The position numbers were made by a program, and so were the translations under genes. The notes beneath the pieces are model-generated. The model saw only the letters and a list, made by a program, of their open reading frames with translations. It ran no database searches and was not told the DNA's origin. A stretch of DNA of 64,000 nucleotides. Source: Oikopleura dioica (taxonomy: Eukaryota; Animalia; Chordata). The number at the start of each line of letters is the position of its first letter. The stretch's first letter is position 1. This document shows positions 1-13,319 of the stretch, piece by piece. Location of the stretch: NCBI GenBank assembly GCA_907165135.1, contig OU015568.1, positions 15,821,208 to 15,885,207 of the forward strand, given 5' to 3'.

Positions 1-596
1 TGAGCGAAGGCCGTTTTCTTACCTTTTATCAGAAATTACTTCAGTTTATCATAGCGGAAACTCCCATTAATACTGCCATATCACTATTTGACTGTCGGTT
101 ATGCATATTTGTCAGTGAAGAAATCACGACTTTGTTTTGCTTATCAGCGTCAGAACGTGTCATTAGCCATCACAATCGTTCTTGTTTCGCTAAAGTTTCC
201 GGTGGCCAAAGAGAAAAGCTGCCAGCTCGTCGACGTCCGATTCCGGCCTGAAGAAATATCGACAGTTGGCGTTTTTGATAATGTCCGGCCAAATTAAATA
301 TCGGAATAGATTTACGCGCAACAGTTGGAATTGAACAAAAGCAGCGTGCTTCCTACGACAACATTTGGCCATTAGCGGACGTCCCATTCACTGGATAAAG
401 TTCGGTGCAACGTTGAAAGGATATTTTGTTACTGGAAAATATAAAGAAAGAAGAATGGAGGCAGGAAACGGTCAAAGCTGTACTAACGCGCTTGTGTACA
501 TTTCGTACTTATTTCACATTGGAACGATTGACTTTTGTGCTTTTTAAAAAATAAAGGGTTTGGTTGGCAATCCAGGATAGGTTTAGTAAAAAAGTA

Positions 597-1860
597 GTAA
601 AGGGTAATTCTTAGAGCTGCTCCTAAGCCTAACCCGTAGAGAGGGGTTATCATTCGAGCCATCCAATATCTCTAGAATCTAGGCTAGTGGTTAGGGTTAG
701 GGACTGGGGGCTCCGGGGGACGAAGCCTCCTAGTTAAGGCCTTAGGTGGGGGGTCCCAGGGGGGGTCCCTGAGTTAGGTTGAGGGCTAGGGGCAGCTCGA
801 ATGATAACCCCTTAGTACCCCACCCCCAGTTATGGCATAAATCAGGGGGCTTTGCTGCCCATCCTCTTTCTGAGTTCCTAACCCTAACCACAAGCCCAAA
901 TTCAAGAGATATTGAATGGCACAAATCTTAGGCTTGAAGGATAACCCTTCTTTACTGGTGAAAAATATTTAGACTTCGTCAAGACCCTCTGATTGAAAAG
1001 GTGTCTGAAGCCTTCCCGTGATGTCACTCACTCCCTCGCTTTTTCTTTCATTTCTAATCTTCAGATCGAATAACTCACAGTCAGTCTACATTTGTTTGTT
1101 CGGCCCCTTTGATGTGGTGTTGAGGGACATATTTTAGCGCAATTACCTCTGTAAACTCTGAGTTGATTGACGCGTCTTCCCGTATATTTGGTATTTTTGG
1201 AGCTTGTCTAAAACATCCCTAAATCATTTTATTTACAAAAAATCGTGAACTTTGAAAATGGACCTTGCTACTTCCTTGTTGTCTTTTCCATCTTTTTTGG
1301 GCAAATTTCACCATCTTGATAATGTTGAAAAAAGTAAAAATGTCATCGAGCGTTGGAGTCAAAATCAAAATGCCACTGAACTTTCCACAGCTCTGCCGAC
1401 TGTCAACGTAAATTTTCATATTCCACCGCAAAATATACGAGCAGCATCCTGCATGGAATTTAAGCATGACAAGGTTAATGAGTTGATTTATCGAGGCAGA
1501 AGCCAAAACGAAATAAAATCAAGAATCACAATGACGGACGTGATATTTTCACAGCCACGCAGGTCCAAGATACATGTCGTTTATATTACAGACAGAACTG
1601 AATGAGAAAATACCGATGATAGCAGGCTTTTGCCCGGGATTTGAAGCTGTTCGCCACGGATGGCGAACAGGTTATCCGGTCAGCCAATCACAAGACAGGA
1701 TTCTCTTAGTGGCGGCGTAACCCCGGATTTGAGTCTGCTATCATGGTAGTAGGGGGTTACCATTCGAGCTGCCCCTAACCCTAAACCTAACCACTACCCC
1801 AGATTCTAGAGATATTGGATGGCTCGAATCATAGGCTCGAATGATAGCCCCTCTTTACGG
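597..1860. mobile_element. Composite inverted-repeat element (MITE-like) with TTAGGG-like subterminal motifs
   Basis: 634-705 (ccgtagagaggggttatcattcgagccatccaatatctctagaatct...) is the reverse complement of ~1790-1860. A second module at ~780-815 is inverted relative to ~1745-1780, with a degenerate copy at ~597-633. No convincing TSD found. Confidence 0.55.
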
Positions 1861-3121
1861 CTATTATCCGTATGTCGTCAATAAAAGACGAGGATGTCTT
1901 AGAGACACAGGCGCACATCAAAATACGGTTTACGGTGCGGAATCCGTTGGATTAAAAAATGATGCAGAAAGGAAAGAATCGCAATCTTTGGCGAATTTCC
2001 TTGGTGGAAAGAAGCACAGCTTGAATGTCAAGAAGTCACTGGATATCTGGTGACTTTCGAGTATAAAGTCACTGTCTGGCAGTCTCTAAAGTTCACCAAC
2101 TTTCACTGAAAGAAGATCCGGCAATATAGTGCCCAGTTACTGGTTTTCTTTCTTCTGTTTTTCAAAAATATATTTGACATTCTGTCTCCACCAAATCAAG
2201 ACTCATCTTCCTTTGTTTTATTTACTTCATAAAACGTCTCCATCGGAAACAAGCATTCAAGCGCGAGGGGACTTTGTGTCTGAGGCAAAATCCACATTTG
2301 TGGATTGCGTATCTTCCAATTGGTAATATAACGATTCAATTTGCGGCTTGATACTGCAATCGGCGATGCACAAGCGCGGTGACATGGGAAATTTGTGCGA
2401 AAGTCGTAATTTGCCGATGTTCGACCGCGGCTGGATGGGCCTGCCCTTTGCTCAATTCCATGTTATCGCAAACGGCCGTAAATTGTCAAACGGGGAAACC
2501 GGTCGATATACATTATCACACAGCGAATACTTCCGTTCCCCAGCTGAATTGCTTCGTAAAATTTCGCGGAGTTCATTTTGAAGAATCTTGGATTCTTGAG
2601 CCAGGGCTTTATTCAGTCAGATGGTGATTGTAAATATACAGTAGATCAGTTATCATTGCTGATTGTTAGGCAGAAACTGTCAGTTGTCATGGCCTCATTT
2701 TCCGGATTAGTAGCGATAGAAATAAGTGGAAGAACTTGATATACCGGCTATCTGCACCTGTAAGTATTCAAGACCAAAGCGACGATATCGAACTGTCGGG
2801 CTGCTTGTGACAGGCACCTGCACAAAATCGGAAAGCCCAAATATCAATATTACCATTTTACTGTACCAACATTACTGCCGACCACGCGACACACTCCGGG
2901 ACCAGAGGAAATAAGTTCCAACATATCCTTCCTTCCGGAACAATAGCGGAAGCACTCAAATGAAAATCTCAAATGTCACACAATGAATTTGCATGTTCCT
3001 ACAGTTAAACTTTCGCGATAATGTTATTCTCATCAACCACAAAGCGACGATTTATTGCCTCCATTCTAAAATATTATGAGGCGATAGCCATCTGGCCAGG
3101 AAAATAGCGCGACACTGAGAA

Positions 3122-3388
3122 AGTCGCCGAATGTCGCCAAATGTCGCTAAATGTCGCCGAATGTCGCTGAATGTCCCCGAATGTCCCTGAATATCGCCGT
3201 ATGTCGCCGAATGTCGCTGAAAGTCGCCAAATGTCGCCGAATGACGCTGAATGTCGCAGAATATCGGTGAATGTCGCCGAATATCGGCGAATATCGCTGA
3301 TTGTCGCCGAATGTGGCCGAATGTCGCTGAATGTAGCTGAATGTCGCTGAATGTCGCCGGATGTCGCTGAATGTCGCCGAATGCTGCC
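3122..3388. repeat. 10-bp minisatellite (TGTCGCCGAA/TGTCGCTGAA), about 27 units
   Basis: Tandem decamers read directly; they explain the repetitive ORFs at 3052-3427. Confidence 0.95.
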
Positions 3389-5266
3389 ACTTATTTTTAA
3401 AATTATTTTTGCATAGCTTCGAGACAAGTTTCAGCTTTTTTCTCCGAAAAATCTCATTTCCGACTTATTTTACAAAAAATTCATAACTCCATGATTCCTG
3501 CCTTATTCATTTTATTAACGAAACTTGACGTTTATTGAGTCTTTCTTTGAATCAGAGAAAGGGTCCAAATATATCGCCCAGTATTAATTAGGCTCAATAA
3601 ACGTACCTGCCCCTTTGATGATGACGCGCGGCACCCTCGACGAGCACTCGCCGGGGGCGATTTACAGCGCCCCAGGCGCGTGCTACGAGGTGTATAAATA
3701 TACTTAATTTTGAATAATATTCTGCCAGAATGATTCCGCCGTATAACTGTCGCAATAACGAGTTAATTGCGAAAGGAACAACCATTTTGACACGTTTCTG
3801 GCAAGCGCGAAATTTACGAACTGAGAAGATCTTTTTCAAATAATGCATAAAGATACCATAGTCAAAAACTGGTGTTACCAAAATTTTGTCGATTGAAGAA
3901 GATTCTCCAAGGGACTTCGAATTTCAAGAAGGGCTTGTAAAAACGGCGGTTGACCTTGAAGCTAGGCTGATCTTTCGAAAAGCGAAGGAACAAACTTGCA
4001 TTCTGTATAAGAAAATAGGTGGATTAGCCAACCCGCGCTGTGATCCTGCGCTGGGAAGGCGGAAAAGCGACGGATTACCGGACGACCGTGCGACCTGCCC
4101 AAAAAGACCCTTCTCAATAAATGTTGTTTCAACTCCTTCCACAACAATATCTGAACATACACCTGAATACACCGACTAGCGCACACTTTCTTTTGGGCGG
4201 ACCTCAACGCTAATCGCTTTACAAAACAAAATACAACTTAGTTTTCAAGTACTCGGCAAATACTAGTAATTACGCTGGGGTGGGAGTAGAACTACATATT
4301 CTCGCTTATGCTTATATACAATCTTACATAAAGTTTATATAAGTCTCTGACTAGGCGGAATGAAGTTTTTCTGCGCACATGGTCTCCGAAAGTTGAATAA
4401 ACAACCCTGACTCTGTGTTTCCGATGCTGGAAGAGGAGGAGAAGAGAATAGAAACTCTTGATTCCGTCTATGGAATCGGAACGGTTTCAAAGTTATCTTT
4501 GTTTACTTTCACCTTTTAAAATGAAAATTTTTTAGAACACCATATTTTTGGTTCTTAATGCGTCCTGAGGTTAAATTTGTTTCATAAACTTGATAAGAGG
4601 AATTTTTGACCAAGAAAAATCAATATTTTTGCCAAAATTAGAGCAAATTTGTCATTTTTCGTCAAAAAGTCCAATTTCAAACGCGATTTTAAGGGTGTTA
4701 GAGTCAAGATAGACCCCCAAAATATGAAGCCTTAAAAATCGTTTTTTGACCTGTAGAATCCATTTCCGAGGTCAAAATTTTGAAATTCCGAAATTTAATT
4801 TTTCGAAAAACGCTGACGAAGGGTCCTTAAATTTTTACCTTATTTGGTTGATTTACAAAGGTGTACAAACAGCGAGTACGCGAAACATCCTGGATGACGC
4901 GACACATAGTCGATCATTGCTTTTTGAAATATTAACAAGAATCTAAATTGGAGGGTATGAAATTGCAATTTGCTCAGCATAATAGCCTAACGAGGATATT
5001 TGTCTTGCTCCGGCAGCCTGCGAGGGTCATAAATTTGACGCCAAGTAGGTTCCATTATTCGATAATAGGTAAATATTGAGGGTAATCACGCGATACATTA
5101 TTTAACAGCAAATGCTTTTTCGCGTGTTCGGTTTGATTTACGGCGGAAATCCGAAAGGTTGAACGAGTAAATTGACAGAATTGTAAAACATAGAAAAATA
5201 GGGAATTCATTAAGGGGGTAGATATCAAGAATTGGATTTTCTTTCAGTCTTTTTTTCCTAATTTTC

Positions 5267-5379
5267 AACATAGTGACACCCATATTTTTTCTGCTCAAGA
5301 TCCATGTCAGGCAATTATCTTTTTCCTATCGAAGCCGAAAAATTAGATTTCTTGAGAAAAATATGGGTGTCACTATGTT
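5267..5379. repeat. Short inverted repeat (~29-bp arms), possible small MITE
   Basis: aacatagtgacacccatatttttt...ctcaag is inverted relative to cttgagaaaaatatgggtgtcactatgtt. Confidence 0.7.
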
Positions 5380-6318
5380 AAATTTGGGAGAAAAACCTGC
5401 AGCCAAATGGCGATTCTTGATATCTACCACCTTAAGTCCCGCTATTTTTCATAAACACCAGTCGTATTAGAGCAAAGTTTGAAATATTTAATTCACGCAT
5501 TTAGAATTGATACAGCCTGCTGTGTATCAGCTTTTGTGCCCAAATCCGCGGCGTGTCGGTGACCCGCCCGGAGTCGCTCACAATAGAGCCGCGAGCACTT
5601 CAAAAGATATATTTTCGTATATCACTCTTTGATCTGGAACATGCTAATCACGTGTTAATATTTAACTTCTTTATTCTTATTCAGTATTGTAACAGCGGCG
5701 GGACACTGGCCAGCGTTTCGGCGCCGGCTCAAGAATCTGAAACTCAAAATAAGCTTCCGCTAAATTTATCCTTCCGGAGGTGGAATGATTAGTCCTCACA
5801 AAATGGAAGTTGCGTTGGAAATTAAAATTGCGCACGAAAAGTTTTGTTATCGAAAACAAGCTTTTTTCCATTAGATTTCATAAAAACCCTGGAGAAAAAC
5901 TCTCTTGGAGAGTGTGTCCAAAAAGCAAACAGTATTTTGATAAACTGTATTTTCAAAAAAGCGCGCGGTTATGATCAAAGGGCTTTTAATTGACCCTAAC
6001 CTTCTTTGCCTTTGATACATTCTACTGTAGCGTCCTGCTGGGTGTCATCCTTCTACTTGTCAAGCTTATTGGTACCTGTTTTCACTACCTCTCTCTCTCT
6101 CACGCCTGGAGCCATGTTAGTACCAGCCTTGAGTTATCAGCCTTGATCTGTGTTTAAAATTGTATTCCTGCGGAAGTGAAGACATGAAATGCTAAACAAG
6201 AGACGATAGTAAGTGTTGTTGATCCAAACATGTCTATTTGTACAAAAAGGGGATGAACGATAAGCAGAATATGAAAAGAATAGAAGATTTTCTCTTTCTT
6301 TGAAGATCGCGTGTGAAA

Positions 6319-7593
6319 TTAGCTCGAAGAATCGTGGGTAGCGGTCGTCATTGCTCTCGACGCAGAGTACATCATTTCGTTCAGATGGCGAATGCGCTGC
6401 ATTTGAGATATTTGCGAGTGAAGAAGTTGCTGTCTGAGGAGATTTTCGTAGACAGACGCTGTTGGGAGGGGGTTTGGCTGGAGATTGCCGAAGCTCGTCA
6501 ATGCTGCGCTGGCGGCCGTGGAGAATGCACCTGCTCCGGTGAGAGCAGTTGTGGCGCCAAGCAGAGCGTTGTTTTTGTCCGCTGTCAGGCTGGGCAAGGG
6601 AGATGGAACTGAGCTAGGAGAAGTGTTGATTCCCTCCGTGCTGATGGCAGGCGGTGATGAGGAGGAAATTACTCGTCTAGGGCTCGACTCGGAAGTCGGA
6701 GCTTTGAGGATGGAATCGATGGAGAAGGAAGCTGGCTTTGTACAGGAGTTAGGCGAAGATGTGCCGCTCAGATCAACGGGCTGTTTGAGCGCAGGCTCTG
6801 GAGATACTGGAGCTGATGGCATCGGAATTATTGGCGGCTGAAATATCAAATAAGTAAATTTTGAAAAAGCTATGAAATTAGATGGAAGACCTTGAAATTG
6901 AGATTTCTACGGAACTTACCCGAACAGTTAGAGCTGGATTAAACGGAGCCCTCGCAAATGGAGGAATTAATCCAAGTCCAAGCCCAGGCGGAATTCCAGG
7001 AAAACCAGTAGACGCTACCGCCTGATGTCTGTTGTAATTCATCCAGCTGGCCAAATGGTCGTTGTATCCTCCAACTAGACACGGAATTAACAAATCTGTT
7101 GATAAAAGTGTTTTCTTACCGTTATACGGGAGAGTTGTTGGCTTTGGGCGCTTGAATCGCTTTCTTCTGCGGAGAAAACTTCCATTATCAAACATGGACT
7201 CTGCTGCTGGGTCGATTGTCCAGTAGTTTCCTTTTCCAGGATTCCCAGGCTCTCTTGGTACTTTGATGAAGCAGTCATTTAGAGACAAGTTGTGTCTAAA
7301 ATTGGAAATAAAAGGTCAATCAAAATTTCTAATGCTACCTAATCGAGTTCTGCCAGGCTGGAAAACGATCTTTGTAGTAAGGAAATTTAGCAATTATGTA
7401 ATCGCAGATTTCGCTTAGCGTGAGTTTCTTCGTTGGTGAGTTCAAAACCGCCATTGTTATTAACGCTAAAAATGGGTTGAATTCTCATTTTTAACTTTTT
7501 AAACTTACCAATATACGAATACGGCGGCTTGACGAGTCTATCTTCGCCGGATTTCGAATCCTCTGACAATCTTGATTCCTCCATAATGACCAT
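6319..7593 (-). CDS. FoxD: Forkhead box D transcription factor, 5 exons (7593-7509, 7465-7339, 7295-7120, 7074-6920, 6837-6319)
   Basis: Spliced forkhead domain [30 protein letters not shown]...[35 protein letters not shown]...[16 protein letters not shown]-terminal eh1 motif FSIDSIL. All introns GT-AG and in frame. Confidence 0.97.
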
Positions 7594-7979
7594 TCGTGAC
7601 CTCTGTGAATATTGCCGTTGGCTACAGCCACTTTTTAATTGCGCCTCTGACCAAGAGCCAGAGCGCCTTTACTTGGAGCGCCACCTGGAAAAAACACGCC
7701 CGAAGACAAGGCATTTTTCGACAATTATTTTAGCAAATGGTGGCGCTTCATATTCTTAAATAAGCGCACAAGAGCATTTGCAGCTCGCCCATTTCACGGC
7801 TAATTTGATATTAATTCGTGTATTACTATGCTTGCTGATGAAAATTATGGGCTAAAGACACGATAAATCAAACAAAGATCATTTTAGGTTTTCTATAAAA
7901 ATATTCTATTTACAATGTATAAAAATTAAAAATAATAAAAATAATAATATGTACAGGAATCAGACAAGACTGTATGTGG

Positions 7980-9791
7980 TTACATGGGAGGGTTACTCAA
8001 GTTGTTCATTGTTTCAGCTCGGTTCATTGCGTCCAGCACTGTCTGCTGCGCGTTCATCGGCTCGTTCTTGTCGTCCATGAGCATTTGCGCCAGGTTATCG
8101 AAGAGCTCTTGGTCCATTTCCATCATTGTTTTTAGAACATTGCAGACCTTCAAAATTCGTTAGAATCAACTTGTAGTGCTTTTTACTTACAAGCATGACG
8201 ATGGTTGCACTCCAGTGTGTCTTTGCCGCTTCATACAGTGACATAAAAACAATTGGCATCACCATTCGAATGTTTTCCTCGATTAAGCTTACGACGTATT
8301 CGTTGTTCCAGTAGTAAAGAGCGCGCTCCGCGACCTAAATATGGTGAAAATCGGGGCGGTCATAAGTTGACATATATGAATTCGGAAATGTGAATACGAA
8401 CCTGGAAATGCTGACTCTTCATACACAGAGCTAATCTTTGGAAAAGAGGCTCGCAGATGTTAAGAAACTCATGTGGCTCACAAACGTCAAGGATCTCTTC
8501 GATTTCCGAAAGGAACATTATTTCTAAATATGAATGGATTATGAATAGATAATATAGAATTAGTCTATATAATAGGCTCAGAAGGATCCGGATCGTTACC
8601 TTTCCAAGCCGGTTTCCACCAAATAAAGACGCTTACCTTTGCTAGTATTTGTGATGGGCCAAACTCTGAGCATTGATCCGACGACGAGCATTGTCGATGC
8701 AGATTCTTTCTCGACAAATTGAACGATACAATACGACAAATGAGGTTGAAATGAAGTATACCGAGGCGATTTGTGTAATGGGATCAAAACCTGAAAATTC
8801 TACTGAAATCAAGGAGGAGAACAGGGACTTACCTTCGACAAAAATAATTTATGCTCAGCTTTGATCGGCACTGCGAAGCCGTTAATGATCGATCCGAGGA
8901 TTTCCAGTAACTCGCCAACGCCGTTGAACGAATCGTCTTCGTACGCGAATTCGAGGAAAATATTGTTGATGGATTTCCTGATGAAGCCTCGAAGCCCCAA
9001 AAATTTACCTAGCAAAATGAGAATCAATCAATTTGAGTTACTAACAGTAAACGTACCATAAATTCGATGAAGAACAGTCTTAACAATTTCTCGCTCGCGT
9101 TCATCATGTGAATTCAGCAAGCCAAGGAGCTAGAATCATTCTTAGTCATGTTACCTTATTCATGAATTACCTGTGTGATAAACGAGGCGTCTACGTATTT
9201 CTTCATCGTGTTTGGATGGAATGCTTGGCTTTCAAGGAAATTCACAAACAAGTCGTGGACGAGGCTAACATGTTCATACTGTGGATCCTTAAATTCATAT
9301 AGCAACACGAAAGATGGAAAGAAGACTTACGTGGAAAGTATCGTCATCATTTTCGCCCCCGACTCCAGGAACAGGCCTCGGCAATGGACGAAAGACATTG
9401 ATTTCTATCATCGTCATCATATTCTTGATAACAGGCTCGCGCAATAGCTGGGGAATCGTTTGAACAGCCTAAAGTTCAAATTAAAAAATGGGACATTTAG
9501 TGGATTGCTTACCTCTCGTAACTCATGAAGCGTCTCTGTTTTATTCTTTTTTTGCCTTTCTTCCTCCATGTTAACGTACCCATCGAATGAGTAAATCTTC
9601 GAGCATATTTCGAGCTTGCGAAGCATCAAGTCAGCTTGATCTGATTCTTTTGCATCTCTAAAAAATCCTGAGTGACTGAAGCTCGTCTTAGTCACTTACC
9701 TGAGTAGAGGGAGTCTTCCACCAGGGAGTCTTGGGCCAGCTGGTCCAGGTGCCTTTTTACTTCCTCTTGGAGCTCCCCTACTCTTCCGCAT
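7980..9791 (-). CDS. PPP2R5: Protein phosphatase 2A regulatory subunit B56 (B'), multi-exon
   Basis: Motifs [65 protein letters not shown]. Start codon uncertain. Confidence 0.95.
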
Positions 9792-10044
9792 TTCGGTGTA
9801 TGCGCTTCTGCTGCACTTTACCTGCGCACTTTCAAACTGAGCGACACTGATGTTTTCATTTTTCGCGGTCTTCTGCGAAAAACATGTTCTAGAGAAAATA
9901 CCCCATTTCCTGGAATTTATCATAATAATCCCTACTTTTGCCAGATCGTGATAATTCCATCAAATCAATCAAAGAAGAATTGTGCCATTTTTTTTCAAAA
10001 AATAACATTTTATTTTATAAAAAAGTTGCAGTACAATGAAGTGT

Positions 10045-11521
10045 TTATTCATCAAGAAGGGTGAAGCTGTGCTGACTGTACGATCCAGCATGAATTCCTT
10101 TGATGGTAAAATCTTCCTCCTCCTCTTCGCTGCTGCTGCTCAGCAAGTCGATCGTGTCGATAATAACTTGCTTTTTCGCTAGCATTTCGATAATATCTCA
10201 CTTTCAACCCTCCTACTTACGTTTTATCGGCACACCAGGCTCAGTTTTAATCGTCCGTTTTCTTGGTCCATTATTTTTACGAACGTATTTTCTTTTCGGT
10301 TTTGTTGCTGGCGTCTCGGATATTTTAACCGGTTCTTGAACACCTTTTGGTTGCGTTCTTTTAACTTTTGACTGCGTGAGATTTAAAGATGGCTTTAAAA
10401 CATTTGGACGAAGAGGATCTTTTTTTCAAGCTGAATATTTTATTGAATGATTCTGTGGTTTTATACTTATCATTCATATAAATGGAAATTTATATAGAAA
10501 TGTTCATGAGTGACTTTTGTGGAAACTATAAGCTTTATTCTTGCCAGATGATGGTCTACGCTCCACATTTGCTAGAGATTCCTTTCTAGGAGCATGTGTA
10601 GACATTTCCATTTGAAGAGTTTTGACATCAGCAGATGAAGACGTTGAATAAACAGTTGACATACTTTCTGACTCATTTTCTGAGCGTGCTTGAGTAAAAT
10701 CGAATGGATTCTCTTGCGAGAAAGTTGTTGAGCATCGAAGGGGAGTTTGAGAAGGGATCTCGCTGGTGAAGGTAAAGTTGAGGGAGGACTCGTCCTCAGC
10801 GCGCTCTGTTTTTGTCTTGACGCCGGCTAAGAAACTAGATGGAAATTGAAATCTTTATTTTAAGAAATTCAAAAAGCCGGCTCCTGCGAAAGAAGCTCAC
10901 TCAGCGGCCGGTCGTCTTCATCATGTCTCGTCTCGGTGAATGAATCGCTCGAATGGAAAGAACTCGGTTTTGTAGCGGAATTTGCCCACGGTGGTCGGAA
11001 AACTTTCTTAGATGGCACTTTGAAGACTGGCCTACGACATCCTGTCGATTCCGGTTCAGTTTTTATCATAGATGAAGTAGGAGTTGAAACTGGTTGTCTA
11101 AAAGTAGTGCTAGAAGCACTGAATGTTGGTCGACTTGGTACTGCAGTTTGAGGTCTTTGAACAGGCACATTTGGTTCTATAAACATTTCTCTTGTTGAAG
11201 CGAAAATAAAGCCTACCTGTTTTGAGTTCAATCTTGACAATGGGCTCAGGAGTGTCGACTCTTTCGTTGAAAATGACATCGTATCCTCCGACGTTTATTT
11301 CAAGATCTTCCCTTGGAATAAGATCCTTTGGCGTGAAAAATGTGTAGATCTTTTTGCACTGAAGTGTGTACAATGCTGCTCGATTTCCTTCCGCAGGAAC
11401 TGAAAAATTGATGATCATGATGTCTCAAGGGACTTTTCTTACAGTTAACATATCCATCTGACCAGCGTTTCACTTGTATTTTTTGAGTTTGGTGCGTGTA
11501 GACGACTTCCCACGTACTCAT
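10045..11521 (-). CDS. Stand-alone DUF2439-domain protein (ZGRF1 N-terminus / yeast Mte1-like) with low-complexity tail
   Basis: After removing the first intron the N-terminus reads MSTWEVVYTHQTQKIQVKRWSDGYVNFPAEGNRAALYTLQ...DLEINVGGYDVIFNE, resembling the DUF2439 pattern VLYTHQK.KK.K.WQDG...NKAILYD...DLESDRYLI. Ends VIIDTIDLLSSSSEEEEED...LLDE*. Confidence 0.7.
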
Positions 11522-11762
11522 CGTTGATTCCTTTTTAAAAACCATAAAGTGAAAAAATACATAGATTCAAATGTATTCTAGAACTATCTCATAGATATGG
11601 CAAAGCATGTAAATCTGCCGGAAAATTAAGTTCTTCTTTGTTAATTACAAGCAAAAATTCAAAACGCTGCAATAAAGATTCATTATTGAAAAGCTCAATG
11701 ATTTATTTCTACATCTACGACATGTCAGGATTTCAGATAAAGATTTTACTCTGCTTCTTAGA

Positions 11763-12858
11763 TCATCGGATTCGTTCCAATGCGGACATTTCATGGAACG
11801 CAGTGAAATGTTTCGCGTTTCGTCTTGCAAATCTGAACTTTCGCCTCGTTACACCGCCTTTGATTTTCTTGAGCTCGTCGATGTAGTTTACGCAGGAATG
11901 AGTTGGAATCGAGAAAATGCTGTCATCAGTTATTGGAAAATCCTCGGCAGAGTCGTTTTCGCACGTATGTCTGTTTAGTGTTCAGTGCGAGTTTTATATA
12001 AATTCACAAAAACGTGACGACTGAACCGATCCTAAACCAGTAGAATAGCGGTGGAACTTTCGTTATGGGATCTTTAGTTACTCTGACTCTCAGATGCTCC
12101 TTGATCCTAGAAATTCAAGAATAAATTAAATAATTAAAAAAAAGAAAAGCAAAAAAAAAAACCTTCTTTGAAAAAATTCTTGGAATTTCGAATTCCCTGG
12201 TTTAGGGCAACCAAAAGTGACAACTCGAAAATTTTGTCCCTCAAACTTTGTCGGCAAGGAAGCGCCAAACATTGCAGAAACAGCGCCACCAAGAGAGTGA
12301 CCGGTTATGATTATTTCATCCACCGAATTGTCCTTCAAGATTATTTGAAGAATTGACTCGACTCTGACTTTTAGTGCTTTGAATTGAGCGTAAAATCCGC
12401 TATGAACTTTTGCGTCCGTGTCTTCAAAATTCGTCTGGAAGACTTTCAGATCTTGAGCAACGTCGCCAAGTTCATAAGTTCCAGCGACTCCGATAACGAT
12501 GAAAGTTTTTGGTTTCTGATTCGATCCAAGGTCGCGGATGTCTTTCTCTGTGGCGAGGAAAATTATTGCGTCTGCACTTGTGTCATCGTCCCGAATATGC
12601 TGAAATTTAGTAAATTATCAAACAATAAAAGCCTTCAACCTTAAATTTTATGTTTTCGAATCTTCGAAAAAGCATTTTTTGCTCGTTTCTAATGAAACTA
12701 TCGTTGTGCGGTCGATGGCCAAGTTTTTCTTGTTCAACCTCTTTTTGTAATTGCTTCAAACTTTCTACAGACTCGTAACTACACGAAGCGAATCTTGCAG
12801 ACATTAGAATCTTATTGATTCTATCGATGGATAGCTGTTCATAATTTTCTTCTCCCAT
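11763..12858 (-). CDS. Class-3 lipase (alpha/beta hydrolase), multi-exon
   Basis: GHSLGGA nucleophile motif, VTFGCPKPGN, DPITKVPP (Asp) and THSCVNYI (His) complete the catalytic triad. Confidence 0.9.
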
Positions 12859-13319
12859 TTTTTCTAGCAGCGGTCTCTCTCTTTATTTGAGCTATTCACG
12901 TAATCATGGTCGGCTAAATATGAAAGGCTATTTGCTCAAGGAAAAGGGAAAGAAAACGGTTTGAAAGGAAGATGTTGTCCAAAGTCATGAATATAATAGT
13001 CGGTAAGTACGGTCAAATTAAAGACAAAGAACAAAGCCTCAGAGGATAAATTTAAATGAAACAAAACATGTTTGAAAAATACTCAATAAGGATATTCTTG
13101 TATTTTTTATTAACGAAGCGAACAGACGTCAAACATACTTTTAAGTCAATCAATCAGTCATAAGAGACACTATTTAGGCTCAAGTTCCTGTTATTAGTTT
13201 CTGCGGATTTTGCGTTTGAGAAATATCGAAAAACAAAATTAAAGATGATTTTTATTCAATGCGTCAATGGCATTTTTCTACAACAACGACGGGTCAGGAT
13301 TACAGATTAATATACAGAT

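Noticed and set aside
2230-2581. SH2-like peptide fragments (EGTLCLRQ; RKLSNG..RYTLSHSEYFRSPAELL)
   Set aside because: They are in different frames with an intervening stop, no splice path joins them, and the FLVRES arginine context is weak.
6313-6841. Plus-strand ORFs overlapping FoxD (and similar antisense ORFs over NUP205, INCENP and the retroelement)
   Set aside because: Shadows of codon-biased coding sequence on the opposite strand.
7096-7119. 24-nt FoxD intron keeping the long ORF open
   Set aside because: Too short for this genome; a 45-nt intron using the AG at 7075-7076 gives the same frame.
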